Counted from the first letter of the stretch, positions 33,832-45,241 are shown. The stretch is 64,000 nt of DNA from an uncultured delta proteobacterium (GCA_963713045.1 CAVQKE010000005.1:327372-391371); one strand, 5' to 3'. Notes: generated by a model from the letters alone, not told the origin. Numbers and translations are program-made.

Positions 33832-36339
33832 TTAGTGGCAGACGTAGGCCCGCGGCCCCACGCGCTGGCACAAGTCCGGCGCACCGTCGTGCTCCCACAC
33901 GTCCACCAGCCCCGTCCGCCGGGCGAATTCTGCGAAGGCCGCGGACGTCCGGGCCGCGCGCCCCTGGGGACCCCACAGCAAGGGGAAGGCCAGCGAGTCA
34001 TTGCCGGTCGGCGCGGCTTCCAGAAGCTGCAGCCCCCGGGCCGGCTGGCCGAGGCGGATAAGTGCATAGGGCACCGCGCCCACCACCACCGCCGGCCGGG
34101 TGGCGAGATACTTGTCGATGAGCGCCAGCGCCTTGGCGCGCGCCTGGGCATCGCCGTATATGCCCCGCGCCAACGTCTCCGATGAGCCCCCGGGCAACTC
34201 CGACCCGAGGGCCTGCAGGGCCCGCGTCATCTGCCGGACGGCTTCCTCCGTTTGGCCACGCGCCTCGGCCAGGGACGACAACCCAATCCCAACATGGGCA
34301 AGGCCGAGGTCCTGGGCGCGCTGAAACAGGCGCTCCGCCCCCGCCAAGTCGCCTTCATTCAAGGCGCCGACACCGCGCCACAGCGACGCGTTGGGCAACA
34401 TGGGGTCGATGGCCAGGACGCGGTCGAGCAGTTGGTCGCCCTCGCGCAAGTAGCCATGGCCCACCCGGGTGGTGGCGAACCAGAAGTTGGCGGTGACGTC
34501 GTCCGGGTCCAGTTCCAGAGCACGCTGAAACGCCTCTTTCCCCTCCAGGAAGCGCCGTCTGGTTTCGTAAACCAGCCCCAGCACTGCGTGGGGCTCGCCG
34601 AGCGAAGGGTCCAGCGCGATGGCATGGCGTGCGGCTTCTTCTGCGGCGGCCAGGGCAGTGTCGTACTCGCCCACTTCATAAATGGGCAAAAGGACTTGCA
34701 GCGTGGCCAGCCGCGACCAGGCGCGGGCATAGCCCGGGTCCAGCCGCAGGGCCTTCTGTAGCTGCCCGATGGCCTCGCGGAAGTGGGCGCCCTCCCGCCG
34801 GTTGAAGATGGATGTCGCCTGCAGGTACAGCGCGTAGGCCTCCGGGTTGTTGGTGGCCACCGGGACCAGGCGCGTGCGTTGGTCTCCCTGAAGGACGACC
34901 TTCAACTCCTCCGTGATGGCCCGGGCAATCCTCTCCTGCAGGTCGAAGACGTCCGTCAGGTCGCCTTCGAAGCTATTTGACCAGAGGTGGAAGCCGTCCG
35001 AGGCCTGGATGAGCTGGGCGGTAATCCGGACCCGGTTGCCCTGCTTGCGCACCGAGCCTTCCAACAGGTTACTGACGCCCAATGTCTCGCCGATGGTGCG
35101 CAAGTCCTCGTTCTTGCCTTTGAAGTGGAAAGACGAAGTGCGGCCGGCGACCTTCAGTCCCTTGACGCGCGCCAAGGCGTCGAGGATTTCTTCGGAAATT
35201 CCGTCGGAGAAAAATTCCTGTTCTTTGTCGGAGCTGAGGTTGACGAAGGGGAGGACGGCAATGGACGGAGGTCCTTTGGCGTCCACCGCGCCGCCCACGT
35301 CCGCCGCTGTCCCAGAAGGCCGCGCGCGGGGAAAGAAGCGCTCCCAAGTCAATTTCCGGGCGGAGGGATTGAAAGCGAGGGCCGCGACAACCACCGCCAC
35401 CACCCCAACCGGAATCAGCCACCACCAGGCCCTCCAGCGCCGAACCGGCGCGTTGGGCATTGGCGCCGTCGCGGAACCGGTTGGGTTGCGAAGCAATTCC
35501 AGGTTGAAGCCCAAATCCCGCGCCGTCTGGAAGCGGCGCCGTGGGTCCTTCTCCAGGCACCGTTGGACAACTTGAGCGACGCCCGCTGGAACGCTGGCCG
35601 GCAACGGCTCCGGCTCCTTGTGGAGGATGGCGTAGCCGCTTTCCACCACCGCCCCCGGGAACGCTCGCCGGCCCGAAAGCAATTCGTAAAGGACAGCCCC
35701 CAGGCTGAACAAGTCCGTCCGCGCGTCCACCGGGTCACCGCGCACCTGCTCCGGAGACATGTAGCCAGGCGTGCCCAGCACCATCCCAGAACCGGTCCCG
35801 CCACTGGATGGCGACAGCGTCTCGTCCAACAGGCCGTGGGGGGCTGCCTCGTGGGCCGCCTCAATCAGCTTTGCAATGCCGAAGTCGAGCAGCTTCACGT
35901 GCCCGTCCCGGCTGATGAAGACGTTCTCCGGTTTCAAGTCCCGGTGGACAATGCCGCCCTCATGCGCAGCCGCCAGGCCCTGCGCCATCTGTGCCGTCCA
36001 CTCCAGCGCCTTGGCCAACGGGACGGGGCCTTTCGCCAGGCGCTCCCGCAGCGTCTCGCCCTGAAGCAATTCGGTGACGAAGTACGGCTTTCCGTCGTGG
36101 AGTCCGACGTCATGCAGGGCAACGACGTTGGGGTGGTTGACGGACCCGGCCAGTTTGGCTTCCCTCTCGAAGCGCTCGACAAAGGCGCCGTCCGCACCAA
36201 AGGCCTCGGAGACAACCTTGATGGCGACGTCGCGGCCAAGGCGGGTGTCGGTGGCGCGGTACACCTCCGCCATCCCGCCCGCCCCCACCAGGGCCACCAC
36301 TTCGTAAGGGCCCACGCGGGTGCCCGCTGTCAAGCGCAC
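33832..36339 (-). CDS. Hanks-type Ser/Thr kinase with TM, TolB-N-like and TPR domains
   Basis: [46 protein letters not shown]; TPRs. Confidence 0.92.
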   Translation of the reverse strand: MRLTAGTRVGPYEVVALVGAGGMAEVYRATDTRLGRDVAIKVVSEAFGADGAFVERFEREAKLAGSVNHPNVVALHDVGLHDGKPYFVTELLQGETLRERLAKGPVPLAKALEWTAQMAQGLAAAHEGGIVHRDLKPENVFISRDGHVKLLDFGIAKLIEAAHEAAPHGLLDETLSPSSGGTGSGMVLGTPGYMSPEQVRGDPVDARTDLFSLGAVLYELLSGRRAFPGAVVESGYAILHKEPEPLPASVPAGVAQVVQRCLEKDPRRRFQTARDLGFNLELLRNPTGSATAPMPNAPVRRWRAWWWLIPVGVVAVVVAALAFNPSARKLTWERFFPRARPSGTAADVGGAVDAKGPPSIAVLPFVNLSSDKEQEFFSDGISEEILDALARVKGLKVAGRTSSFHFKGKNEDLRTIGETLGVSNLLEGSVRKQGNRVRITAQLIQASDGFHLWSNSFEGDLTDVFDLQERIARAITEELKVVLQGDQRTRLVPVATNNPEAYALYLQATSIFNRREGAHFREAIGQLQKALRLDPGYARAWSRLATLQVLLPIYEVGEYDTALAAAEEAARHAIALDPSLGEPHAVLGLVYETRRRFLEGKEAFQRALELDPDDVTANFWFATTRVGHGYLREGDQLLDRVLAIDPMLPNASLWRGVGALNEGDLAGAERLFQRAQDLGLAHVGIGLSSLAEARGQTEEAVRQMTRALQALGSELPGGSSETLARGIYGDAQARAKALALIDKYLATRPAVVVGAVPYALIRLGQPARGLQLLEAAPTGNDSLAFPLLWGPQGRAARTSAAFAEFARRTGLVDVWEHDGAPDLCQRVGPRAYVCH

Positions 36340-36525
36340 GGCCCGCACCTTACACCCAAGCCTTCCCCGCCAAGGGTTGTACGCGCTCAGCGAGGCGCGA
36401 CTTTCTCGGCAAGGAAGGCGTTCGCCCCTCTGGGGCAGTCAGCACCCCTGCGGCTGGAGGGACTGCCCAGGACGCTGCCCTCGCCAGTGGGATTGTCAGC
36501 CCTCGCTGCTACTTCTTGCTGCCGG

Positions 36526-37344
36526 GTGAGAGACACTTCCGCTGAGAGGACGTATTCGCTGGCCGACGCCGCGGCGCTGCTTGGCGTCACCGAGGCGCGG
36601 GTGCGGTCCTTCATCAGCGGTGGCCTTCTTCCCTCCCGCTCCCAGCCAGAGGGGCGTGCCTTCACCTTCCGCGACTTGGTGCTGCTGCGTTCCGCCAAAG
36701 GCCTGGCCGACCGCAACGTCGCCCCAAGGCGCATCCGCGCCGCACTCCAACGCCTCGGCACGCAGCTTCCCGCCGGGCAGAGTGTTTCCAGCATTTCCCT
36801 CGACGCCAAAGGGCAGCGGCTTCTGGCCCGAGACGGCGAGGCCACCTGGGAACCGGAAACAGGCCAGGGCGAGCTTGCGCTGGACGCTCCGGCGCCCCGC
36901 GCGGGCACGGTGCACCAGTTACCAACCCCCGCCGGGCCGGAGGTGGACGTCCGTTTTCAGCAGGCCTTGGCGCTGGAAGAAGTTGACCCCTCCAGCGCCG
37001 CCACGCTGTACGCGGACATTCTCCGCCAGGCGCCCACGCACGCCGATGCCCACGTCAACCTCGGCCGCCTCCACCACGGCGCCGGTCGACTCTCGGCCGC
37101 CGAGGCGCACTACCGCGCTGCACTGGCGGCCCAGCCGGGCGACGCGGTGGCTGCCTACAACCTGGCCGTCGCCCTGGACGACCAAGGGCGAAGCGCAGAT
37201 GCGCTGGCCAGCTACCACCGTGCCCTTCAAGTGGACCCCGCCCTGGCCGACGCCCACTACAACCTGGCCCGGCTCCACGAAGGCCGGGGCGAGCGGATGC
37301 TGGCCCTCCGGCACCTGAAGGAATACCGCCGCCTGGCGAGCTGA
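36526..37344 (+). CDS. MerR-like HTH plus TPR protein
   Basis: YSLADAAALLGV..., FTFRDLVLLRSAKGL, WEPETGQ, TPRs (ADAHVNLG, AAYNLA, ADAHYNLA). It is the 3' part of track ORF 34987..37344. Confidence 0.8.
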   Translation: MRDTSAERTYSLADAAALLGVTEARVRSFISGGLLPSRSQPEGRAFTFRDLVLLRSAKGLADRNVAPRRIRAALQRLGTQLPAGQSVSSISLDAKGQRLLARDGEATWEPETGQGELALDAPAPRAGTVHQLPTPAGPEVDVRFQQALALEEVDPSSAATLYADILRQAPTHADAHVNLGRLHHGAGRLSAAEAHYRAALAAQPGDAVAAYNLAVALDDQGRSADALASYHRALQVDPALADAHYNLARLHEGRGERMLALRHLKEYRRLAS

Positions 37345-37419
37345 AGCACAGGCTGGGGTTGCTTCCCGGCTTGTCCAACGGGGCCGGCGTGACTACCTCC
37401 CTTCCCTTGGAGGTGTCCC

Positions 37420-37905
37420 ATGCGTCCCTTTCTCATCTGCCTGTGCGCCAGCTTGACGTTGGCCTGCACAAAGGAACAATCCCGGCCGGCCAAGGAAGCT
37501 GTCGCCGAAGCCAAAGGCAGCGCGGCGGAGGCGGAGAAGGCAGCCCAACAGGCCGCGGCCGAGGCCGACCGCACCGTCAACAACGCGCGCGTGGCCGTCG
37601 AGCAGGGCGTCGCCACGGCGGAGGAAAAGACGCGTTCTGGCGTGGACGCCGTCGCCACCGGCGTGCGAGAGCTGGGTGAGGGCGGTGTGGTGACGGGACG
37701 GGTCAGCACCATCTCGCGTTCCCACCTCGCACTTCGTCCCGAAGGCAGGGGCCCAGGGGAGTTGCAGCTGGATGAACACACCCGCTTCCTGCTGCACGGC
37801 GAAGGCTTGGAAAAGCCGCACCTCGCCGGGACGCGGGTGCGTGCCACCTACGTCGTCGAGGCGCACGTCCCGGTGGCCACCGAGGTGGAAGTCCTCACCC
37901 GGTAG
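37420..37905 (+). CDS. Putative lipoprotein
   Basis: GGAGG RBS, lipobox LTLAC, Ala/Glu-rich helix. Confidence 0.7.
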   Translation: MRPFLICLCASLTLACTKEQSRPAKEAVAEAKGSAAEAEKAAQQAAAEADRTVNNARVAVEQGVATAEEKTRSGVDAVATGVRELGEGGVVTGRVSTISRSHLALRPEGRGPGELQLDEHTRFLLHGEGLEKPHLAGTRVRATYVVEAHVPVATEVEVLTR

Positions 37906-37964
37906 CACCGTCCCCAAAGGCTTTCCCTCGGCGCTGGGCCTCCGGTAGCGTCGGCGCGCCCGGC

Positions 37965-39035
37965 ATGAATCTCCCCGTCCTCCCGCCCGTGTCCCCCATG
38001 CTGTCCAAGCTGGTGGCGGACATCCCTCCGGCGGGAGACGTCCTCTTCGAACCAAAGTGGGACGGCTTTCGCACCATCGTCTTCCGGGATGGGGACACGC
38101 TGGAATTGGGCAGTCGAAATGAACGGCCCATGACGAGGTATTTCCCGGAGTTGCGGAATCCGCTTCTGGCGTCGCTTCCCAGCCGCTGCGTCGTCGACGG
38201 GGAAGTCGTCATTGCCGGTGCAAACGGCTTGGACTTTGACGCCCTTCTCCAGCGCATCCACCCTGCCGCCTCCCGAGTGGCCAAACTTGCGGCGGAGACG
38301 CCCGCTTCCTTCGTCGCCTTCGACTTGCTCGCCCTTGGCGACGAGGACCTCCGGCCAAAGCCCTTTGGCGAACGGCGCCGACGTTTGGAAGCGGCGCTGG
38401 CCGAGGCCAAGCCCCCCGTCCATCTCACCCCGGCCACCCAAGACCGCCAGGTGGCCGAGGAGTGGTTTCGGCGCTTCGAGGGCGCCGGCCTGGACGGCGT
38501 CATGGTGAAGCCGCTTGGCCTTCCATACCTTGAAGGAAAGCGCGAAATGTTGAAGGTGAAGCACGCCCGCACCGCGGACTGCGTGGTGGGCGGCTTCCGC
38601 CTTTACAAGGACTCCTCGGACGTCGGCTCGCTGTTGCTGGGGCTGTATGACGAGGCGGGGACGCTGCACCATGTGGGCATTGCGTCTGGCTTTACCCAGG
38701 CCAAGCGAAAAGCCCTGGTGCAGGAGTTGGCGCCCTGGCGCGAAGGCGCCCGCGAAGGCCACCCCTGGCAGCACTGGGAAACGCTGGCCGGCGAGACGGA
38801 AGCCCGCATGCCTGGCGCCCCCAGCCGCTGGAATGCCAAGCGCGACTTGGGCTGGGAGGCTTTGCGGCCCGAGCGCGTGGCCGAAGTCAGTTACGACCAC
38901 CTGCAAGGCGACCGCTTCCGGCACGCGACGCATTTTCTCCGCTGGCGCGAGGACCGCACTCCGCGCTCCTGCACCTACGCACAACTGGAGGCCGTGGTGC
39001 CGGAGGAGCTGTCCCGCCTCTTCGGGACAGCCTAG
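37965..39035 (+). CDS. ligC: ATP-dependent DNA ligase, LigC type
   Basis: LPVLPPVSPML, EPKWDGFR, VDGE, FDLL, GLDGVMVK, KVKH.RTADCVV, RFRH. Confidence 0.9.
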   Translation: MNLPVLPPVSPMLSKLVADIPPAGDVLFEPKWDGFRTIVFRDGDTLELGSRNERPMTRYFPELRNPLLASLPSRCVVDGEVVIAGANGLDFDALLQRIHPAASRVAKLAAETPASFVAFDLLALGDEDLRPKPFGERRRRLEAALAEAKPPVHLTPATQDRQVAEEWFRRFEGAGLDGVMVKPLGLPYLEGKREMLKVKHARTADCVVGGFRLYKDSSDVGSLLLGLYDEAGTLHHVGIASGFTQAKRKALVQELAPWREGAREGHPWQHWETLAGETEARMPGAPSRWNAKRDLGWEALRPERVAEVSYDHLQGDRFRHATHFLRWREDRTPRSCTYAQLEAVVPEELSRLFGTA

Positions 39036-39045
39036 CGCGCCGCAC

Positions 39046-39471
39046 ATGTCCGACGTTCAGCCCGTCCCCAGCCCTGGGCCCCTGCACCGCCTGGTCGCCC
39101 TGTGCCTCCAGGTGGGGCTGCTCTCCGTTGTGTTTGCTGGTTGGCTCGTCGTCGGGCGACACGTACGCCTTCCCCTTCCAGCGGGCCTCCTCGCAATGCT
39201 GACCGTCCTTGGCTTGCTGCTGTCTCGGGCTCTCCCTCAGTCCTTCGTCCAGCGAGGGGCGGCCTTTCTCTTGCGCTTCATTGCTTTGCTTTTCGTCCCA
39301 ATCTGCATCGGCGCCGTCCGGCAGCTTCCGCTGTTGCGCGCCCAGGGCGGTACCTTCGTGCTTCTGGTGGTGGCCGGCGCGCTGGTGGGCCAAGCCAGCG
39401 CCGGACTCCTCGCCCAGGCGCTCTGCAAGAAGCCCTGCGTCACTCCCGCGCCCGAGGGCTTCGAGTCATGA
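39046..39471 (+). CDS. CidA/LrgA family membrane protein
   Basis: LPLPAGLLAML, LLFVP; coupled to an LrgB gene. Confidence 0.82.
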   Translation: MSDVQPVPSPGPLHRLVALCLQVGLLSVVFAGWLVVGRHVRLPLPAGLLAMLTVLGLLLSRALPQSFVQRGAAFLLRFIALLFVPICIGAVRQLPLLRAQGGTFVLLVVAGALVGQASAGLLAQALCKKPCVTPAPEGFES

Positions 39472-40145
39472 ATTTCACCCTGACGGCGTTGGTGACGGCG
39501 GCCACGGTGGCGGCCTACCTGGCGGCGGAGCGCCTCTACAAAAGGGTCCATGTGGTTGCCCTTCACCCGCTTCTCATCACCTCCCTTGTGGGGGCTGTCG
39601 TCCTCGGCCCAAGGCCGGACGCCCTCGCCAAGTACATGGAAGGCAGCTGGCTTTTGCAGTGGGCCCTGGGCCCGGCGACGGCGGCCCTGGCCGTTCCCTT
39701 CTTTGCCAGCCGCGCAGTGCTGGCCAGTAACCCGGCCAAGGTGTTGCTTAGCGTCGCCGCCGGGACGGCCGCTTCGGTGGGCACGGTGCTGGGCCTTGGT
39801 GCATTGCTTGGTGCGCCACCTCTGTTGGTGCGCGCCCTCACCATCAAGTCCGTCACCGCGCCGGTGGCCATCTCCCTCGCCCCGGAATTGGGCGTGGACG
39901 CAGGACTGGTGGGCGCTGCCGTGGTGTCCACCGGCCTCTTCGGCATGGCGGTGGGCCCCCCACTGCTTCGCCTCCTCGGCGTGCGCCGGCCACTGGCGCG
40001 CGGCCTGGCCCTCGGCACCATCGCCCACGCCATGGGGACGGCGCGCGCACTTGAAGAAGACGGCGCCGAAGGCGGCGCCGGCGGTGCCGTGGCGCTGGCG
40101 CTGGTGGCCATTCTCCTCTCCACTGCCGTGGCGCTGCTTCGCTGA
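39468..40145 (+). CDS. lrgB: LrgB/CidB family membrane protein
   Basis: LGPATAALAVP, KSVTAPVA, RGLALG..AHAMGTARA. Confidence 0.88.
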   Translation: MNFTLTALVTAATVAAYLAAERLYKRVHVVALHPLLITSLVGAVVLGPRPDALAKYMEGSWLLQWALGPATAALAVPFFASRAVLASNPAKVLLSVAAGTAASVGTVLGLGALLGAPPLLVRALTIKSVTAPVAISLAPELGVDAGLVGAAVVSTGLFGMAVGPPLLRLLGVRRPLARGLALGTIAHAMGTARALEEDGAEGGAGGAVALALVAILLSTAVALLR

Positions 40146-40250
40146 TGGAGCCTTCAGGCCTCGGTGCTTCCGGGGCCACGTCACAAGGGGAACGGACGCG
40201 CTGAAAGCGCCCGCGCCCGGACGGCGTTCCCGGTAAACTGCTTCGCCTCT

Positions 40251-40988
40251 GTGGCCCCCCCAACTCGCTACCGCCTGTACTACTGGCCGTCCATTCAAGG
40301 CAGAGGCGAATTCGTTCGCCTTGTGCTGGAGGATGCTGGCGCGCCCTATGTCGACGTGGCCCGTTTGTCGCCGCCCGCCGGTGGCGTTCCGGCACTCCTT
40401 CGGCTGCTTTTAGAAAAGCAGTCGGCGACCCCGCCCTTTGCCCCGCCCTTTCTGCAGGTAGGGCCGCTGCTGATTGCCCAAACGGCCAACATCCTCTTGT
40501 ACCTCGCACCGCGCCTCGGCCTCATCGGCAAGGGCGAGCCCGGACGCCTCTTCGCGCACCAGCTGCAGCTGACCATCGGCGACGTCGTCGCCGAAGTCCA
40601 CGACACCCACCATCCCATCTCCAGCAGTCTCTACTACGCGCAGCAGCGCGGCGAGGCGCGCCGAGGCTCGGCCTACTTTCTCAGCGAGCGCATGCCGAAA
40701 TTTCTGGGGTACTTCGAAAGGGTACTGGCGCAGAGCCCCAAGGGCAGTCACCTCGTGGCCCGTCGCTTCTCTTACGTGGAACTCTCTATGTTTCAGCTGC
40801 TGGTGGGCCTGGAATATGCGTTTCCACGCGCCTTCTCCAAGCGCGCGCGCTTCATCCCGAGGCTGCTGGCGCTGCGGGACAGGGTGGCGCAGCGTCCCCG
40901 CCTCGCCGCCTATCTCGCCTCACCCCGCCGCCTGCCCTTCAACGAAGAAGGCATCTTCCGGCACTACCCGGAATTGGACGGTGGCTGA
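40251..40988 (+). CDS. Glutathione S-transferase family protein
   Basis: LYYWPSIQGRGEFVRL, FAPPFL, AQTANIL, RHYPELD. Confidence 0.85.
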   Translation: MAPPTRYRLYYWPSIQGRGEFVRLVLEDAGAPYVDVARLSPPAGGVPALLRLLLEKQSATPPFAPPFLQVGPLLIAQTANILLYLAPRLGLIGKGEPGRLFAHQLQLTIGDVVAEVHDTHHPISSSLYYAQQRGEARRGSAYFLSERMPKFLGYFERVLAQSPKGSHLVARRFSYVELSMFQLLVGLEYAFPRAFSKRARFIPRLLALRDRVAQRPRLAAYLASPRRLPFNEEGIFRHYPELDGG

Positions 40989-41174
40989 CCCCTTGGCAGG
41001 GGCGGTCTCTTCCAGTAACAGCCGCGCCCGCATGACTTGACAGTGCGCCGTAGCGGAAGGGCCAACTGCAGGCGCGCGAGGCCCACCTCCTCTCAAGCCC
41101 TGGGCGAAGCCAGCAGCTCACGCGGGGCCGCCAGGCCCGACAACTGCACCGCGGGTGGCGTGAGGCTAGGCAGC

Positions 41175-42193
41175 TTAAACCGGTGGCCCCTTCTTCCGCG
41201 CCCGGCTGGGTTGAACGCGCATCGGCTCGCCCGTCTGCTTGGGAAAGTGCGGGGGCCAAGGCGCATCCCCCAAGCCCTCCGCTTCATCTCGGGCCGCCAA
41301 GTCAAGCAGAGGCTCAAGCCCATACGCTGTCGCATCAATGCCTGCCGCCAGTCACCCAACGCCGCCACGCGGGCCGGGACGGTGGCCAGCGTCAGCTCAC
41401 CCGGCTCCACCGTCTCGACTTCTGGCCAGGCCAGCGGACAGCTGACCCGCCCTTCTGGGTTCGCCCGGACGGAATACACCGAGGCGATGGTCCGGTCGCG
41501 TGCATTCTGGTTGTAGTCGATGAAGACGCGCGCCCCACGCTCTTCCTTCCACCATTTGCTGGTGGCGATGTCCGGCAGGCGACGCTCGACTGCGCGTGCC
41601 AAGGCCAGTGCGGCGCGACGGACGGCGAGAAAGTCCCACTCTGGTCGGATGCGGACGTAGACGTGAAGGCCTCGCGACCCTGACGTCTTGGGCCAGCCCT
41701 GTAGTCCCAACTCGGTCAGCAGTCGGCCCACTTCGACCGCCACCCGGCGCACGGCGGAGAAGGGCACGTCGGGCTGCGGGTCGAGGTCCACCCGCAACTC
41801 ATCCGGGTGGTCGAGGTCCATTCGCCGAACGGCCCAGGGGTTGAAGTCCAGGCACCCCAAGTTGACTGCCCAGATGATGTGCGCCGCGTCCGTCGGACAC
41901 AGCTCCTCGGCGCTTCGACCGCTGGGGAAATGCACCGTCACCGTCTCCAACCACTCCGGACGCGGAGACGGGACACGCTTCTGGTAGAAAAACTCGCCCC
42001 CGGCACCGTTGGGGTAACGCTTGAGGACCGTTGGGCGCTCCCGGACGCCGCGGAGAGCCCCCTCCCCCACCGCTAGGTAGTACCGAACCAGGTCCAGTTT
42101 CGTCTCGCCGCGGGCAGCGAAGAAGACTTTGTCCGGATTCGAAATGCTGACCACTCGGCCGGCGACGTCGATGTCGGTGTGCAGTGTGGCCAC
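41175..42193 (-). CDS. Prim-PolC-like primase-polymerase (LigC partner), frameshift near 41350
   Basis: SNPDKVFF, RYPNG..FYQKR, DLDP, KTSGSRGLH, DYNQN. The family-type tail GLGDAPWPPHFPKQ.GEP.RVQPSR lies in another frame ending at TAA 41175. Confidence 0.82.
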
Positions 42194-42663
42194 GCGCGCT
42201 CCCTCACTATGCTACTCGGGCCCTCTTGACTCCGGGGCCAGCACCTCTGAGGGACCCACCCAACCCTACCCTCTGGCCGGAACAGGGGATGTCCCACCTC
42301 CCACGGGAGGTGAGACCGACGCCAGGCCAACCGCTCGGCCACCGGACGTCCAATAGGAGGTGGAAGCTGCCTCCGGTGGTGGACTTCGCAGACCGAATCC
42401 CTTGAGATCGAGTCATACTGGGTAGCTGGATGACGTCCACCAAGCCCTTTTTCGAGGCGAGCAAGATCTGACTCGAAACACTCTGGCGCGGCGGTTTCGC
42501 CATCGTCGCGACGCGCATACACTACGACTTTGCCGTGGCCGCTTTCCTGCAGCTCACCGCACTTTCGGCTCAACTGAGGCCCCGCATCCGAGCGGCCGAT
42601 TCCCGTCCCGTCACGTCTTCCAAGGGCGAGCGTAGCCTAACGTTCGAGTGGTCCTAGCCGCCC

Positions 42664-44676
42664 ATGGCCCCTGCAACCCGACTTGGGAAATACCAACTGC
42701 TGCGGAAGCTCGCGACCGGCGGCATGGCGGAAGTGTTTTTGGCCAAGACCGCCGGGCCAATGGGTTTCGAGAAGCAGCTGGTCATCAAACGGATTCTTCC
42801 CCACCTGGCGGAGGACCCGCAATTCGTCCAAATGTTCCTGGGCGAAGCCAAGCTTGCCGCGCGGCTTAACCATCCCAACCTGGTTCAGATTTTCGACTTC
42901 GGCGAATCCGACGGCAGCTACTTCATCGCGATGGAGTACATCGACGGGCCAACGCTGCGCCTGTTGCTGCAGCGTGCGCGTGAAAAGTCGCTGGCGATTC
43001 CGTTCGTGCTGGCTGCCCGCATCGTCTCCGCCGCGGCCGAGGGGCTCGCCTATGCGCACGAATTCACCGACGGGGCGACCGAGGAGCCCCTTCAGCTGGT
43101 GCACCGGGACGTCAGCCCCGACAACATTCTCATCTCTCGCAACGGCTCGGTGAAAGTGGTGGACTTCGGCATCGCCAAGGCCAAGGGCGTCAGCCACCAC
43201 ACCCAGACCGGGACCATCAAAGGGAAAGTGGCTTACATGGCGCCCGAGCAACTCAAGGGCGAGCCGCTCGACCTCCGTGTCGACTTGTACGGACTTGGGG
43301 TGGTCCTCTACGAGTTGGTCACCTTAGGAATGCCCTACGAGGCGGCGAGCGACGCGAGCCTCGTACGCAGGGTCCTCTATGAGCCGTATGTGCCGCCCGC
43401 CGAGCGCCGGCCCGAGCTCCCTCTCGCGCTTCAGCAGGTTTTCGCGCGGCTTTTGGCGAAGGACCGCGAGGAAAGGTACCGAGACTGTCGAACTCTCGAA
43501 GCGGACTTGGAACGGTACATCCACGCAACTGGCGAAACGTCGAGCGGCTACGCGTTGGCTCAGTTGGTGTCACGGCTGGTGCCGACGGTGCCCGTCGGGG
43601 TGATTGCCGAGCCCGAAATGCCCATCTTTACCCCGTCAGCACTCAGTGCCTCCGAAGCCTCTCCGGCCGTGTTTGCGGTCGAGGCTGGCAACGTCGACGG
43701 AGAGGCCAAGACGGCGGTTGCCAGTGCCCGGCCAAAGCGAGGAGGGCCGAAGGCTTCGTCTTCCCTGGAGCCCTCGAATCGGAGCGTGCCCCGGCCCGGC
43801 TCGCCCAACCATTGGGTGTTGACTTCGCGGACACCGACTTACATGGCGCCGCAGCGAGGACCGACCCAATTCGCCACGCTCCACGCAGCGGCTTCAATTG
43901 GCTGCTCGCCGTGGCACTCCTCGCCCTGGCGGTGGGCGGCACGTGGTTTGCTGGCTCGGCTTTCACCACTTCTCGGCCTCTCGCCGTTGGCCTCCCCGGT
44001 CGCCGTTGCGCCACCAAGCTCAGCCGCCACCTCCGCCGCCGCCTCCGCGCCGACCCCGCCACCTGCAGCAGTCCCTGTCGTCGCGGCGCCAGTGGCGGCG
44101 CCACCGGAACCGGTGCCGCTGCCGGCACCCCCCAAGCCAACTCCTCATGTCGCCGCTCCAGCGCCAAAGGCTAAGCGCGACACAGCGGTCTCCAGCAAAC
44201 CGCTGGGAGCGTTTGCGGCAGCCGAAGCTCAGGCTTCGAAAGAGGAGGCCTCATCGGAAACCGGTCCGGCTCGCATCCGCTTTGAGAGTCAGCCACGACT
44301 GCACGTGCGCCTTGGCGACCGCATTCTTGGGACAACGCCACTGGTGGTGACACTGCCGGCCCCTGGCTCCGCCGACGTTGAACTCTTTGATACCGGGCTC
44401 GGTCTGAGCCGGGTGGAGCATGTCGACCTCGAGGCTGGCGACAACCCACCGCGAAAGGTCACCTTTGAAAAGGGCGCCATCGACTTCCAAGTGCAGCCCG
44501 GTATCACCGTCTACGTCGACGGCAAGAAGGTCGGCATCGCCCCCTTCGACAAGCCGGTGCCGCTGTATGAAGGCAAGCACCCGGTCCGACTCGTTCTGGA
44601 TGGCCAGGAGGAGCGGCGGACGTTGACAGTCACGCCAAACGAGACGGAGACCCTCGAATTCACCTTTGAACGGTGA
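42664..44676 (+). CDS. Membrane Ser/Thr kinase with Pro-rich linker and PEGA-like C-terminus (two compensating frameshifts ~43800-43990)
   Basis: [28 protein letters not shown]. The TM segment [16 protein letters not shown] is in the alternative frame 43812..44174. Confidence 0.85.
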   Translation: MAPATRLGKYQLLRKLATGGMAEVFLAKTAGPMGFEKQLVIKRILPHLAEDPQFVQMFLGEAKLAARLNHPNLVQIFDFGESDGSYFIAMEYIDGPTLRLLLQRAREKSLAIPFVLAARIVSAAAEGLAYAHEFTDGATEEPLQLVHRDVSPDNILISRNGSVKVVDFGIAKAKGVSHHTQTGTIKGKVAYMAPEQLKGEPLDLRVDLYGLGVVLYELVTLGMPYEAASDASLVRRVLYEPYVPPAERRPELPLALQQVFARLLAKDREERYRDCRTLEADLERYIHATGETSSGYALAQLVSRLVPTVPVGVIAEPEMPIFTPSALSASEASPAVFAVEAGNVDGEAKTAVASARPKRGGPKASSSLEPSNRSVPRPGSPNHWVLTSRTPTYMAPQRGPTQFATLHAAASIGCSPWHSSPWRWAARGLLARLSPLLGLSPLASPVAVAPPSSAATSAAASAPTPPPAAVPVVAAPVAAPPEPVPLPAPPKPTPHVAAPAPKAKRDTAVSSKPLGAFAAAEAQASKEEASSETGPARIRFESQPRLHVRLGDRILGTTPLVVTLPAPGSADVELFDTGLGLSRVEHVDLEAGDNPPRKVTFEKGAIDFQVQPGITVYVDGKKVGIAPFDKPVPLYEGKHPVRLVLDGQEERRTLTVTPNETETLEFTFER

Positions 44677-44779
44677 AAACGGCGCGCGTGCCGCCTCGGA
44701 CCTTCGAGGGCGGTGCTGCCTAGAATTGAGGAGTGGCACAGAAGGTGCCACCTTCTCCGTTCCCGGAAGGAAGAACCTC

Positions 44780-45241
44780 ATGTCCGAAGCGGGCACACCC
44801 AATTGGCGCACCGAAGGCGTTCAAATTGTCCGGGCAGGAACCCTCGACCCCAACACGGCACAAACCCAAGGGATGACTCGCGCCGCCGCAATCACCAGGG
44901 CTCGGGTTGGGGCGGAGAAGCTGTGGGCAGGAACGGTGACCATCCAACCCACCGCGAAGATGGGCGCCCACCACCACGGCAGTGTCGAGTCGGTCATTTA
45001 CGTCCTGAAGGGAAAGGCCCGAATGCGCTGGGGCGAGCGGTTGGAATTTCTGGCGGAGGCCGGGCCTGGAGACTTCATTTACGTTCCACCCTACGCTCCC
45101 CACCAGGAAATCAACGCCTCCGATGACGTCCTGGAGTGTGTCCTCCTGCGGAGCGGTCAAGAGCCGGTCGTCGTGAACCTCGACATCACGCCCGTTGAGA
45201 AGCCGGAAGCTGTTCGGTGGGTGGACGACGTTCATCGCTGA
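44780..45241 (+). CDS. Cupin domain protein
   Basis: GAHHHG..ES.IYV..G, GDFIYVPP..PHQE. Confidence 0.85.
   Translation: MSEAGTPNWRTEGVQIVRAGTLDPNTAQTQGMTRAAAITRARVGAEKLWAGTVTIQPTAKMGAHHHGSVESVIYVLKGKARMRWGERLEFLAEAGPGDFIYVPPYAPHQEINASDDVLECVLLRSGQEPVVVNLDITPVEKPEAVRWVDDVHR

Noticed and set aside
34987..37344. 785-aa ORF suggesting a large fusion
   Set aside because: The first ~510 codons are antisense shadow of the kinase plus intergenic DNA; only 36526-37344 looks like a protein.
42200..42640. Short ORFs between the primase-polymerase and the kinase
   Set aside because: Fragmentary, with no motif I can assign.
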